Sequence record: OZ035798.1
Strand: one strand, 5' to 3'
Length of the DNA stretch: 44,918 nucleotides
DNA from: Vectrevirus LI10P3
The translations under genes and the position numbers were made by a program. Numbering within the stretch: the first letter of the stretch is position 1; each line of letters starts with the position of its first letter. The notes beneath the pieces are model-generated. The model did not search any database. It was given only the letters and a program-made list of their open reading frames with translations, and was not told the DNA's origin. Positions 17,309 through 25,729 of this stretch are shown one piece after another.

Positions 17309-17992
17309 ATGTATAAATTAGTATTGAATGTAGGTGATTATGTTCGTAACATCAATGAAGCCTCACGTCGTTATCGTTGCCGTGGTGTAGTGGCTCGTGT
17401 AAGTGAGAACATGTATCATGTAGAATATGAGGATGGTATTAAGGCTTCTTACCACAAGAAGACAGCACATAAATATCTTGAAAAGATTGTAGAGATAAAC
17501 AATCAATGTAAGTGCATACATGATGAGTTTTGCGATAAATGTGCTCGCCAGATGCTTAAGAATTTCCTAGCTCCTCTTTATTATGGTGCTGGTCCTCAAA
17601 CACTAGCAGAGTACATGGCAGAAAAGAAAACCACACTCAAGAAAGAGCGCCGCAATGTAATCACTGGTAAGACTCAAAGTGAAATGATTAAACTATGTGG
17701 CACTGCATTAGGTGTTACGCAGTTTAATACTCGTTCATTGGGTAAATCCACAGGGCAAGCTATGGTGAAGATTGGTGAAGCCATGATGCATCCAAATGTA
17801 CCTGTACGAATCAGGGATGTTGACCATGCAATCACAGAACATGGTACGCAACGACGTGTAATTAATAAGCATTTTGCCGACACTATAGAAGGTATTATTC
17901 GTAAGCAAGGGTTGAAAGGTCTTCACATCTTGAATGATGAAGAGTTACTGTACCTCCCTATTGTTACTGAAGAAACCTACGTGAATATCTAA
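17309..17992 (+). CDS. Hypothetical protein (227 aa) with Cys cluster
   Basis: GGAG RBS; CKCIHDEFCDKC cluster; lies between helicase and DNA polymerase. Confidence 0.6.
   Translation: MYKLVLNVGDYVRNINEASRRYRCRGVVARVSENMYHVEYEDGIKASYHKKTAHKYLEKIVEINNQCKCIHDEFCDKCARQMLKNFLAPLYYGAGPQTLAEYMAEKKTTLKKERRNVITGKTQSEMIKLCGTALGVTQFNTRSLGKSTGQAMVKIGEAMMHPNVPVRIRDVDHAITEHGTQRRVINKHFADTIEGIIRKQGLKGLHILNDEELLYLPIVTEETYVNI
17871..17893 (+). promoter_or_regulatory. Weak phage promoter-like site inside a CDS
   Basis: ATTTTGCCGACACTATAGAAGGT; core conserved, upstream part divergent. Confidence 0.35.
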
Positions 17993-18002
17993 GGAGTTAA
18001 TC

Positions 18003-18221
18003 ATGACTAAAGTATTAATTTATATGCGTGGACCTCATAAATGCTATGCAGTTGTAGCACCAAATGGTGTTAAGCCCTATAGTACTTCAAAAGGATTGGC
18101 ATTAATAGGTGCTAGTAGTAGTGCAAGTTTCCAAATGGAACTTTTTGGTCATTGGAATGAAAGGCAATTCCGTGAGGATTTTAAAGTCATTGGCAGCTTC
18201 ATGGTGAAACATGCAGAATAA
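18003..18221 (+). CDS. Hypothetical protein (72 aa)
   Basis: AAGGAG RBS. Confidence 0.5.
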   Translation: MTKVLIYMRGPHKCYAVVAPNGVKPYSTSKGLALIGASSSASFQMELFGHWNERQFREDFKVIGSFMVKHAE

Positions 18222-18387
18222 ACATAGTCTTAAAATGTTCGATGGTCATGAAGACCTGCAAGCCAAGATTACTAACCAAGCCTTCCTGTTTGCACAGTTA
18301 ACTATGGCTGAAGCAAAGAAGAATAGCCTGACGCGTGAACAGGTTATCAAGGAAAGTGAAGTGAAACGTAAGATTCGCAGTCGATAA
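18211..18387 (+). CDS. Hypothetical small protein (58 aa)
   Basis: GGTGA RBS; short overlap with the previous gene; below ORF-track cut-off. Confidence 0.3.
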   Translation: MQNKHSLKMFDGHEDLQAKITNQAFLFAQLTMAEAKKNSLTREQVIKESEVKRKIRSR

Positions 18388-18393
18388 GTCAAG

Positions 18394-18417
18394 GGTTGTC
18401 TCACGTGTGAGACAGCC
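18394..18417 (+). repeat. Conserved palindrome, copy 4 (G at centre)
   Basis: GGTTGTCTCACGTGTGAGACAGCC then TTTCAT. Confidence 0.65.
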
Positions 18418-18444
18418 TTTCATCATATTGATTGGAGGTGCATT

Positions 18445-18552
18445 ATGCCACGTGATTATGATTCTGATTGGGATTTCCAAGATTCAATGAATCCAAAACC
18501 AGAACGTTCAGATGATTACTACGAAACAGAGGCAATGTATGAAGACTATTAA
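18445..18552 (+). CDS. Acidic micro-protein (35 aa)
   Basis: Strong GGAGGTG RBS; MPRDYDSDWDFQDSMNPKPERSDDYYETEAMYEDY. Confidence 0.35.
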   Translation: MPRDYDSDWDFQDSMNPKPERSDDYYETEAMYEDY

Positions 18553-18757
18553 ATTAAGCAAGGTTTGCTCTTGCGGTAAAGGTTATCGCAGTCGTATTGA
18601 TGGTAAGTGTGGGCATTGCAGGTCTAAGAAAGAGGCTGCTTTGTTTGATAAGTACCACAATGAATTAGCATATAACTATCCTCATCTAACACCTAATTCT
18701 TTATTAGGACTTGGTTATAGGGTTAAATACTTTGGAGCAATCTATGAAATCAATTGA
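18539..18757 (+). CDS. Small zinc-ribbon-like protein (72 aa)
   Basis: CSCGKGYRSRIDGKCGHC; overlaps the DNA polymerase start. Confidence 0.45.
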   Translation: MKTIKLSKVCSCGKGYRSRIDGKCGHCRSKKEAALFDKYHNELAYNYPHLTPNSLLGLGYRVKYFGAIYEIN

Positions 18758-21290
18758 TTGGAAGAAGGAGGCAGAAGGTCGTATCCTCGTGATGGATGCG
18801 GAAGCTAAAGGACTCCTTGACGCTATCCGATATGGACACCGTGAAGATGTGCATATCATTTGCTGCATGGATTTGCTTACTACCGAGGAGTTTCTCTTCT
18901 TTGACCCGTATGAGATGCGTGACCCTGAAGCAAGAGAACGCCTGAAGGAATGGGAAGGTCATCAAGACGGAACCTTGGTTGATGGTGTTAACTTCCTGAA
19001 GCATTGTGAAGCTATTGTGTCACAGAACTTCCTAGGGTATGACGGACTTCTCTTTGAGAAAGCATTCCCTGATATTTGGAAAGGCTTTAACTATACCGAG
19101 AAGCGCGGTAAGGGCAGACTCCGTGCTGACCTGTGTCCGGTGCGAGTCATGGATACGCTGGTGATGAGTCGCCTGTTAAACCCCGATAGACGCCTTCCTC
19201 CGCAAGCATATGCCAAAGGTATGGGTAACGTCGCCCCTCACTCAATTGAGGCGCACGGCATCCGTATAGGCCGCTATAAACCGGAGAACGAGGACTGGTC
19301 TAAACTAACTGACCACATGGTTCACCGTGTACGTGAGGACGTGGCGATTGGTCGTGACTTGTTCCTCTGGCTCTTTAACGGGGAATGGATGGAGCACAAA
19401 CGCCGTGGCGTGAATAAACGCACTGGCCTAGGTATTGAGACAGCCTTCCACATGGAGTCCATTGTGGCGCTGGAGATGAGCCGTCAGGCAGAGCGTGGAT
19501 TCCGTCTGGATATTGACAAAGCACTAGCGCGATGCGAAGAACTGGACGCTAAGATTGACGAGACAGTCGCAGCGTTCCGCCCTCACATGCCTATGCGTAT
19601 CAAGTCTAAGCCTTTTAAACCGGAAGAAAAGAATGAAGTATGCCAACGCGCAAATGAGTATGGAGCTAGCAACAATATACCTACTGTCCTTGACCCCTCA
19701 CACTTTCTTCATGCCGAGAGACGAGGAGATCGCAAGACAGTATGGAGTGTCACTACTAAGTCTGGTGATTGGTCGGCTAGTGTCAAGAAAGACTTTCCTC
19801 ACCTTAGAGGAAACCGTAATGACACGCCAAGCATCAAGTGGATTGGCGCTTACTCGCCTGTTACTTTCGAAGAGATTCCCTTGGGTAACAGGGATACAGT
19901 TAAGCAAGTGCTCTATGAGTATGGATGGAAAGGTGTTGAATTTAACGATACCGAGCAAGCTCATCTCGATGAGCACGGAGTGTTACCAAAACCTTGGAGT
20001 GGTAAGATAAATGAAAAGTCCCTCACTTTATGGCAAGAAAGAGCCGCACGTGAAGGTAAAACAGTCCCTGATTGGTGCTTGGGTATCGCTGCATGGTACA
20101 TACTCGTATCCCGTCGTGGTCAGATACTCAACCGTGGTGACGTTGAAGCCTTCAACGAGAAGGGAACGTGGCCCTCGCAGGCTGGTGTACGAAAGTGTCG
20201 CGGCCTTGTACCTGTAGCATTCAACAAGGAGCTAGGAATCAATGCGCAGCAATACTACGAGAGGTACGGATGTTGGCCTACGTCTGACAAAGATGACGGA
20301 GAGTGGCGTGTTCCAGCTGTTGCTATTAGTATTGGCACTTCTACGTTCCGTATGCGTCATCGTAATGTGGTTAATATTCCTGCCCGTGGCTTGTATCCTT
20401 TACGTGATTTATTCATAGCAGGGAAAGGCAAGCTAATCCTTGGTTGTGACGGTGCAGGTCTTGAACTGCGTGTCCTGTCTCACTTCATGAATGACCCTGA
20501 GTACCAAGAGATTGTACTGCACGGTGATATTCATACGCATAACCAGATGAAGGCTGGTCTTCCTAAGCGTGATATGGCGAAGACGTTTATATACGCCTTC
20601 CTCTATGGTTCTGGTATAGCCAACCTTGCAGCAGTCTGCGGTGTTACTGAGGAAGAAATGAAGGAAGTTGTGGCAAGATTCGAGATTGAACTACCGTCTC
20701 TTGCACGTCTTCGTGAGAATGTTATCGCACAAGGTAACAAGTTTGGCTACCTGCAAGCACCTGATGGGCATTGGGGTCGCATCCGCATGTCTGGTGGTGA
20801 ACTTAAAGAGCACACGATGCTTAACGTATTACTCCAGATGACTGGCTCTTTGTGTATGAAATATGCACTAGTCAAGGCATTTGCAGTAATGCGCAAGGAA
20901 GGTGTAGCTTTGGATGCTATGGGAAATCCTTGTGGTGTGGCTAACGTGCATGATGAAATCCAGATGGAAGTTCCTGAAGAGGAGGTCTTGTATCTTAACT
21001 ACGACCTACCTTTCACCTTAGATGGGTTCGAAACAGAGAAGGCTGCTGTGAAAGCAGTTTTCGATGCAGAGGAGAAACGTGTTCATGTGGATTCTGAAGG
21101 ACGTATGTGGTCTGCTGCAAACCTCGTTAGCGTTGATGCTGATGCTGGTGTATTGCATTGCCAGCGCCGTTATCACCGTGCAGGTCATATCATTGCCGAC
21201 GCCATGACTTGGGCAGGGCAGTATCTGAAGATGCGTTGCCCGATGGCAGGAGAATATAAGATTGGCGCAAGCTGGAAGGAAACACACTGA
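18744..21290 (+). CDS. DNA polymerase, family A (gp5-like)
   Basis: ATG 18744 with GGAG RBS; motif B RDMAKTFIYAFLYGSG; motif C VANVHDEIQMEV; N-terminal exonuclease-like LVMDAEAKG. Confidence 0.9.
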   Translation: MKSIDWKKEAEGRILVMDAEAKGLLDAIRYGHREDVHIICCMDLLTTEEFLFFDPYEMRDPEARERLKEWEGHQDGTLVDGVNFLKHCEAIVSQNFLGYDGLLFEKAFPDIWKGFNYTEKRGKGRLRADLCPVRVMDTLVMSRLLNPDRRLPPQAYAKGMGNVAPHSIEAHGIRIGRYKPENEDWSKLTDHMVHRVREDVAIGRDLFLWLFNGEWMEHKRRGVNKRTGLGIETAFHMESIVALEMSRQAERGFRLDIDKALARCEELDAKIDETVAAFRPHMPMRIKSKPFKPEEKNEVCQRANEYGASNNIPTVLDPSHFLHAERRGDRKTVWSVTTKSGDWSASVKKDFPHLRGNRNDTPSIKWIGAYSPVTFEEIPLGNRDTVKQVLYEYGWKGVEFNDTEQAHLDEHGVLPKPWSGKINEKSLTLWQERAAREGKTVPDWCLGIAAWYILVSRRGQILNRGDVEAFNEKGTWPSQAGVRKCRGLVPVAFNKELGINAQQYYERYGCWPTSDKDDGEWRVPAVAISIGTSTFRMRHRNVVNIPARGLYPLRDLFIAGKGKLILGCDGAGLELRVLSHFMNDPEYQEIVLHGDIHTHNQMKAGLPKRDMAKTFIYAFLYGSGIANLAAVCGVTEEEMKEVVARFEIELPSLARLRENVIAQGNKFGYLQAPDGHWGRIRMSGGELKEHTMLNVLLQMTGSLCMKYALVKAFAVMRKEGVALDAMGNPCGVANVHDEIQMEVPEEEVLYLNYDLPFTLDGFETEKAAVKAVFDAEEKRVHVDSEGRMWSAANLVSVDADAGVLHCQRRYHRAGHIIADAMTWAGQYLKMRCPMAGEYKIGASWKETH

Positions 21291-21406
21291 TGGATAGGCT
21301 TGACATTATTTGCCTATTCTTCACTCTCTTTCTTACACTCCTTATGCTTGCTTGTTATGGGAGTATGAGACTAGATGTACCTGATGAAGAAGAGGGTTAC
21401 GACTAA
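21290..21406 (+). CDS. Hydrophobic micro-protein (38 aa)
   Basis: ATG overlaps the polymerase stop (TGATG); MDRLDIICLFFTLFLTLLMLACYG...PDEEEGYD. Confidence 0.4.
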   Translation: MDRLDIICLFFTLFLTLLMLACYGSMRLDVPDEEEGYD

Positions 21407-21504
21407 TGCAAACTGCTTTTATTATTCTTGGTATCATATTATTTATGGTAGTACTCTGGGCCTTCTCTGGCATTGACCCGGATTGTGATGGTAACTACGA
21501 CTGA
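21406..21504 (+). CDS. Hydrophobic micro-protein (32 aa), similar to the previous one
   Basis: TAATG coupling; MQTAFIILGIILFMVVLWAFSGIDPDCDGNYD. Confidence 0.4.
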   Translation: MQTAFIILGIILFMVVLWAFSGIDPDCDGNYD

Positions 21505-21511
21505 GTTATAC

Positions 21512-21545
21512 TCAAGGTCACTTACGAGTGGCCTTTATGGATAAC
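21512..21545 (+). promoter_or_regulatory. T7-type RNase III processing site-like hairpin
   Basis: ACTCAAGGTCACTTACGAGTGGCCTTTATGG resembles the recalled T7 R-site pattern CTCAAGGTC...GAGTGGCCTTTATGAT. Confidence 0.45.
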
Positions 21546-21572
21546 TTATCCCTACTTATTTTGTCTAACATG

Positions 21573-21595
21573 ATTTACTGGACACTATAGAAGGA
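21573..21595 (+). promoter_or_regulatory. Phage RNAP promoter
   Basis: ATTTACTGGACACTATAGAAGGA, perfect consensus. Confidence 0.85.
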
Positions 21596-21659
21596 AAGCC
21601 TAGACAATCTAGGTTTATAAGGTAGTATAGGTAATTAAGTAAATATAGGAGATATAAAT

Positions 21660-22037
21660 ATGTCTATGGTAACTACTCTGGTATTCGTGGCTCAATACTT
21701 TCGTGGTCTGGCTAATAAGTTCAAGTCCAAGGCTATCAAAGCTATTGAGGCTCGCATCGAAGCAGTACAGGCAGAGCAAGTTAAAGTTGAAGAACATCGT
21801 AGTTCTCAAATGATTGACTGCCATAACCGCTACTATGCATCTCGTGATGACCTTAATGCACGCCAAGTCAAAGAGGTTGAAGATATGATGGCACGTCACC
21901 AGCAAGAGCGTGACAGCATGAAAGCTGAATTTGAAGAGAACAAGGCATCCATTGCTCTGGTACACCAATCTGCATCTGACAGTCTGAAGAAAGAGATTGT
22001 TATGCTTGAAATCGAACTGGACAACCTGACCAAATAA
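21660..22037 (+). CDS. Hypothetical coiled-coil protein (125 aa)
   Basis: AGGAG RBS; hydrophobic N-terminus then charged heptad-like sequence. Confidence 0.6.
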   Translation: MSMVTTLVFVAQYFRGLANKFKSKAIKAIEARIEAVQAEQVKVEEHRSSQMIDCHNRYYASRDDLNARQVKEVEDMMARHQQERDSMKAEFEENKASIALVHQSASDSLKKEIVMLEIELDNLTK

Positions 22038-22043
22038 GGAATT

Positions 22044-22343
22044 ATGATGGAAGAAGTAATTCAAGCTAAACATGTAGGTATCATTTTTCGTGATCTAGAG
22101 CAGCGTAAAGTTGCAGGTCACACTCGTCTGGCTAAAGAGGAAGACACCGCAATCACTACGGTAGAACAAGCAGATGCCTATCGTGGTCCGGAGTTCACTC
22201 AAGGTGAAACTTGTCACCAATTGAGCCTATCACTTTGTGACACTATGGCTATTGTAAATGTGCAAGAAGTCGAAGAGGGTGAGTGTGTCAGTTACATCTA
22301 CCCTTTAGATACTATTGCACGCATTAAGGTAATCCATAAGTAA
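22044..22343 (+). CDS. Hypothetical protein (99 aa)
   Basis: AAGGA RBS; compact ORF ending at the next promoter. Confidence 0.55.
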   Translation: MMEEVIQAKHVGIIFRDLEQRKVAGHTRLAKEEDTAITTVEQADAYRGPEFTQGETCHQLSLSLCDTMAIVNVQEVEEGECVSYIYPLDTIARIKVIHK

Positions 22344-22364
22344 TTACTGGACACTATAGAACAA
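22342..22364 (+). promoter_or_regulatory. Phage RNAP promoter
   Basis: AATTACTGGACACTATAGAACAA; followed by a structured ~140 nt leader. Confidence 0.75.
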
Positions 22365-22503
22365 TAGGTCGGCTTAGTTCGGCCTATGATTGTAAAGTGT
22401 TGAACCATTGTGCATCTTGCACAACCCGATACCGTATCGGGCTTTCTAGTGAGTACATGCTTGTGCTCAGTACAAAGCTAACTGACAATAGGAGACTAAA
22501 TAA

Positions 22504-23310
22504 ATGGCACGTGGTGATTTTGATTTTGGTGCTTCCGTATCTAAAGCTGAAGGTAAAGTCTTTAAGAACCCAGAAGTAGGTGATCATGAAGCAGTAATCT
22601 CTGGCATCATTCATGTTGGTTCCTTCCAAGACATCTTTAAGAAAGGTAATACCACTGAAGTTAAGAAGCCAGCAAACTTTGTTCTAGTTAAGATTGTCCT
22701 GATGGGCGACGATGACAAGAACGAAGATGATTCTCGCATGGAACAATGGATGGCTGTTCCTCTGAAGTCTGGTGATAAGGCAACACTGACTAAGTTCCTA
22801 AATGCAGTTGACCCTAAAGAGCTGCTTGGTGGTTTCGATGACTTCATCGGTGAATGCCTGACTGCAACTATGGTTGGCTCTGGCGACAAGAATGATGATG
22901 GTACTTTCAAGTATGTTAACTGGAAAGGCTTTGGCGGTATGCCTGATAAGTTGAAGAAGCTTGTACTGGCTCAGGTAGAAGAGGAAGGTCTGTCTATGAC
23001 AGGTCATATCACCTTCGACAAGCTGACCAAAGAAATCCTTGATGACATCCCAGCTAACTTGGTGCGTCAATACTTCCTTAATGAAACACCTCGTGGTAAG
23101 AACCTGTCTGTTGCTGGTTCTCACGTAGAAGCAATCATTAAAGCTGCTCGTGAAGAAGACCCAGAGTGGAAGAAAGCCAAGAAGAAAGATGACGAGGATG
23201 CTACTCCAGCTAATCGTAAATCTCTGGATACTGGTGAGTCTGTTCCACAGGAAGTACCTGAAGCAGAAGATACTCCTGCACCGGAGATGGATGAGGACGC
23301 GGAATATTAA
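22504..23310 (+). CDS. Single-stranded DNA-binding protein (gp2.5-like)
   Basis: 268 aa; acidic C-terminal tail ending in aromatic residue (...EMDEDAEY), as in T7 gp2.5; AGGAGA RBS. Confidence 0.65.
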   Translation: MARGDFDFGASVSKAEGKVFKNPEVGDHEAVISGIIHVGSFQDIFKKGNTTEVKKPANFVLVKIVLMGDDDKNEDDSRMEQWMAVPLKSGDKATLTKFLNAVDPKELLGGFDDFIGECLTATMVGSGDKNDDGTFKYVNWKGFGGMPDKLKKLVLAQVEEEGLSMTGHITFDKLTKEILDDIPANLVRQYFLNETPRGKNLSVAGSHVEAIIKAAREEDPEWKKAKKKDDEDATPANRKSLDTGESVPQEVPEAEDTPAPEMDEDAEY

Positions 23311-23319
23311 GGAGAAAGG

Positions 23320-23538
23320 ATGAAAGTACAAATCGTAACTCTGCACTGCAAGAAAGGTATCACAACGCTCGGAGGTAGCACTTTCCACTCTTTCTCCGAA
23401 GGGGAGATTTATGCTGACCTGCACTACATCTGGCGCGACGGACAGCACGTGGTGAACTACAGCGACCCAGCTACGGGGAAGCGCCACGGCGTATCGCTTC
23501 CGGCGCATGACATTGCTCAGGTGAACACAGTTTTATAA
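23320..23538 (+). CDS. Hypothetical protein (72 aa)
   Basis: GGAGAAAGG RBS. Confidence 0.5.
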   Translation: MKVQIVTLHCKKGITTLGGSTFHSFSEGEIYADLHYIWRDGQHVVNYSDPATGKRHGVSLPAHDIAQVNTVL

Positions 23539-23539
23539 A

Positions 23540-23555
23540 GTCTCACGTGTGAGAC
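23540..23555 (+). repeat. Conserved palindrome GTCTCACGTGTGAGAC, copy 5
   Basis: Perfect palindrome 15 nt upstream of the promoter at 23571. Confidence 0.65.
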
Positions 23556-23570
23556 AAATCGGTGTCCGGT

Positions 23571-23593
23571 ATTTACTGGACACTATAGAAGAG
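23571..23593 (+). promoter_or_regulatory. Phage RNAP promoter
   Basis: ATTTACTGGACACTATAGAAGAG, perfect consensus. Confidence 0.85.
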
Positions 23594-23642
23594 AAGAATT
23601 TTAATCGGCGATAATGCCACAACTAACAAAGGAGAATTTAAT

Positions 23643-24023
23643 ATGTTCAAGATTGAAACTATCGTAAACCGTGTTGTTAAAGGTGCTGCTCTGGTATCCG
23701 TTGAGTCTTTCATTATCGTCGATGAAGCTGATCAACTGGTAGCTGGTACTAAGGCTTACGATACCCGTGAAGAAGCTCAGGCTAAGATTGACAGCATGGG
23801 TAACTTCGCTGCTGGTCTGGAGTTCGCTCGCGCTTGCTTCCCTGAGCAGGCTGACAAAGCTCAGATTGGTAAGGCTAATATCGTAGCTGAATATCTGGAT
23901 TGGATTGCTGCTGGTAAGCCGGTGAAAGAAGTTAAGTCTGCTGAAGAAGCTGAATCTCAGGCAGTAGAAGAAGAAGTAGCTGCACCGGTAGATGCTCCGG
24001 TAAGCGAAGAGGAAGAGTTTTAA
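23643..24023 (+). CDS. Hypothetical protein (126 aa) with acidic C-terminal tail ending in Phe
   Basis: AAGGAGAA RBS; ends ...PVSEEEEF; codon usage looks like a highly expressed gene. Confidence 0.65.
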   Translation: MFKIETIVNRVVKGAALVSVESFIIVDEADQLVAGTKAYDTREEAQAKIDSMGNFAAGLEFARACFPEQADKAQIGKANIVAEYLDWIAAGKPVKEVKSAEEAESQAVEEEVAAPVDAPVSEEEEF

Positions 24024-24028
24024 TTGAT

Positions 24029-24061
24029 GCCCTGTCTGCCTTAGTGTAGGCAGGGTCTTTT
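24029..24061 (+). terminator. Terminator-like hairpin
   Basis: Imperfect GC-rich stem (CTGCC/GGCAG) followed by TCTTTT. Confidence 0.35.
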
Positions 24062-24087
24062 GCGTAATAGTTATTGGAGAATGAATT

Positions 24088-24393
24088 ATGCCGACTATTA
24101 AATCTCGTTTAGTAGCAGACTATGTGTATGGTCGTGACTTAAAGTTAATGCAAGATTACTTTAAAGTAATCATCCTGCTGGATGGAGAAGTGTTTCACAC
24201 TAAAACATTCACCCTTCCTGAATTGTTTGATTTAGGTTATTGGGGTTATGCATATCAGGCCATAGCAGACAAGGTGCTACTCAGTGTATTAGAGGAGTGG
24301 CCTACATGCGACCAAACTTCGACTTCGGAGCTACAGTATCGGAAGACAATAACCTGTTGCTGTGGCCGACTGAAGGTAATCGAATCGCTTTAA
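24088..24393 (+). CDS. Hypothetical protein (101 aa)
   Basis: GGAG RBS; overlaps the exonuclease start by ~88 nt, so the gene model is uncertain. Confidence 0.3.
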   Translation: MPTIKSRLVADYVYGRDLKLMQDYFKVIILLDGEVFHTKTFTLPELFDLGYWGYAYQAIADKVLLSVLEEWPTCDQTSTSELQYRKTITCCCGRLKVIESL

Positions 24394-25334
24394 TAGATGC
24401 TGATATGTTACCTTACATCGTCGGGTATACAATCAGTGACATGACTTATGTACGAGCTACAACTCGTGTTAAGTCAGGACAAGTCCCATCAATCAAAGAT
24501 ACCCCTGAGTGTAAGCAAGCGTGTGACCGTGTGAACTCCTTGCTTAACTCTTGGGTGTATGCAGCAGAGTGTGATGCTGCTAAGTTATTCATGACGAAAT
24601 CAGAAGCTAACTTCCGAGTTCGCCTAGCCTTCACCAAACCTTATAAGGGTCAACGTAAGACCGAGAAGCCTCCGTTCTTCTATGAATTGCGAGAGCATCT
24701 CTTAGAGGTTCATGGTGCAATATTGGCAGATGGAGAAGAGGCTGATGACCTCATGAGCATTGCACAATGGGACAGCCACCGCCGCTTCCAGCAAGATACA
24801 GGTAACGAGTTCCCTATCGGTAGTCCAGAGCATAAAGCATTCTCTGATACTTGCATCGTTTCCTTAGATAAGGATTTGATGATTGTTCCCGGTTGGCATC
24901 TTCAGCCGGGTCAAGAGAAGAAATGGGTAGAGCCTATGGGTTGGCTTGAGTTACGCCGTAAGGCTAATGGTCAGGTTAAAGACCTTAAAGGTGCTGGCCT
25001 CATGTTTCATTATGCACAGATGATTATCGGTGATGATATTGATAACTATGCTGGCATACCTGGACGTGGTGCTAAATACGCCTATGATCTTCTCAAAGAT
25101 TGTAAGACAGAGAAAGAGTTGTACATGGCAGTGCTTGGTGCTTACAAGGCTAAGTTCGGACATGGACAAGTTAAGATTAAGAATTACCGAGGTGGTTATC
25201 GTATCGGCAAGGCTTTTGACCTGATGCTCGAATGTGGTCGCCTAGCTCACATGGCAAGATTCAAAGGTGATATATGGCGAGCCGATAAGAACCCAATCTT
25301 GTGGGGAGATGATGCAGAATGGTTAGCAAATTAA
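24306..25334 (+). CDS. 5'-3' exonuclease (gp6-like, FEN family)
   Basis: IALIDADMLPYIVGYT, EEADDLMSIA, LDKDLMIVPGW and IGDDIDNYAGIPGRG blocks parallel recalled T7 gp6. Confidence 0.8.
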   Translation: MRPNFDFGATVSEDNNLLLWPTEGNRIALIDADMLPYIVGYTISDMTYVRATTRVKSGQVPSIKDTPECKQACDRVNSLLNSWVYAAECDAAKLFMTKSEANFRVRLAFTKPYKGQRKTEKPPFFYELREHLLEVHGAILADGEEADDLMSIAQWDSHRRFQQDTGNEFPIGSPEHKAFSDTCIVSLDKDLMIVPGWHLQPGQEKKWVEPMGWLELRRKANGQVKDLKGAGLMFHYAQMIIGDDIDNYAGIPGRGAKYAYDLLKDCKTEKELYMAVLGAYKAKFGHGQVKIKNYRGGYRIGKAFDLMLECGRLAHMARFKGDIWRADKNPILWGDDAEWLAN

Positions 25335-25729
25335 AATCATCGGAGGTAGCAGCTTATAAGAGGGAACTGCTAGAGAAGCAAGGATGGAAGTGCCCCCTAT
25401 GTGGCGGCAGCCTCAAGGCTGTTACTCCTATAAACCGTGTACTTGACCATGACCATGAGACAGGATTCTGCCGTGCTGTTGTATGCCGAGGCTGCAATGG
25501 TGCAGAAGGAAAGATTAAGGGTGTTATCTCTGGTTATGGTAAGGCTGGTAACAACCGTTACTTCCAGCTTCAATGGTTAGAGCGACTATATGAATACTGG
25601 AAGTTACATAGTACGCCTCAGACAGATAAGTTATATCACAAACATCAAACGGAGGCAGAGAAGCGCGAGGTTAAGAACCGTAAGGCACGCCTTGCTTATG
25701 CAAGAAAGAAGGAGGTTAAAGTTGGGTAA
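25319..25729 (+). CDS. Endonuclease VII-family junction-resolving nuclease
   Basis: CPLCGG...LDHDHETGFCRAVVCRGCNGAEG, typical Endonuclease_7 zinc-binding and catalytic motif. Confidence 0.75.
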   Translation: MVSKLKSSEVAAYKRELLEKQGWKCPLCGGSLKAVTPINRVLDHDHETGFCRAVVCRGCNGAEGKIKGVISGYGKAGNNRYFQLQWLERLYEYWKLHSTPQTDKLYHKHQTEAEKREVKNRKARLAYARKKEVKVG

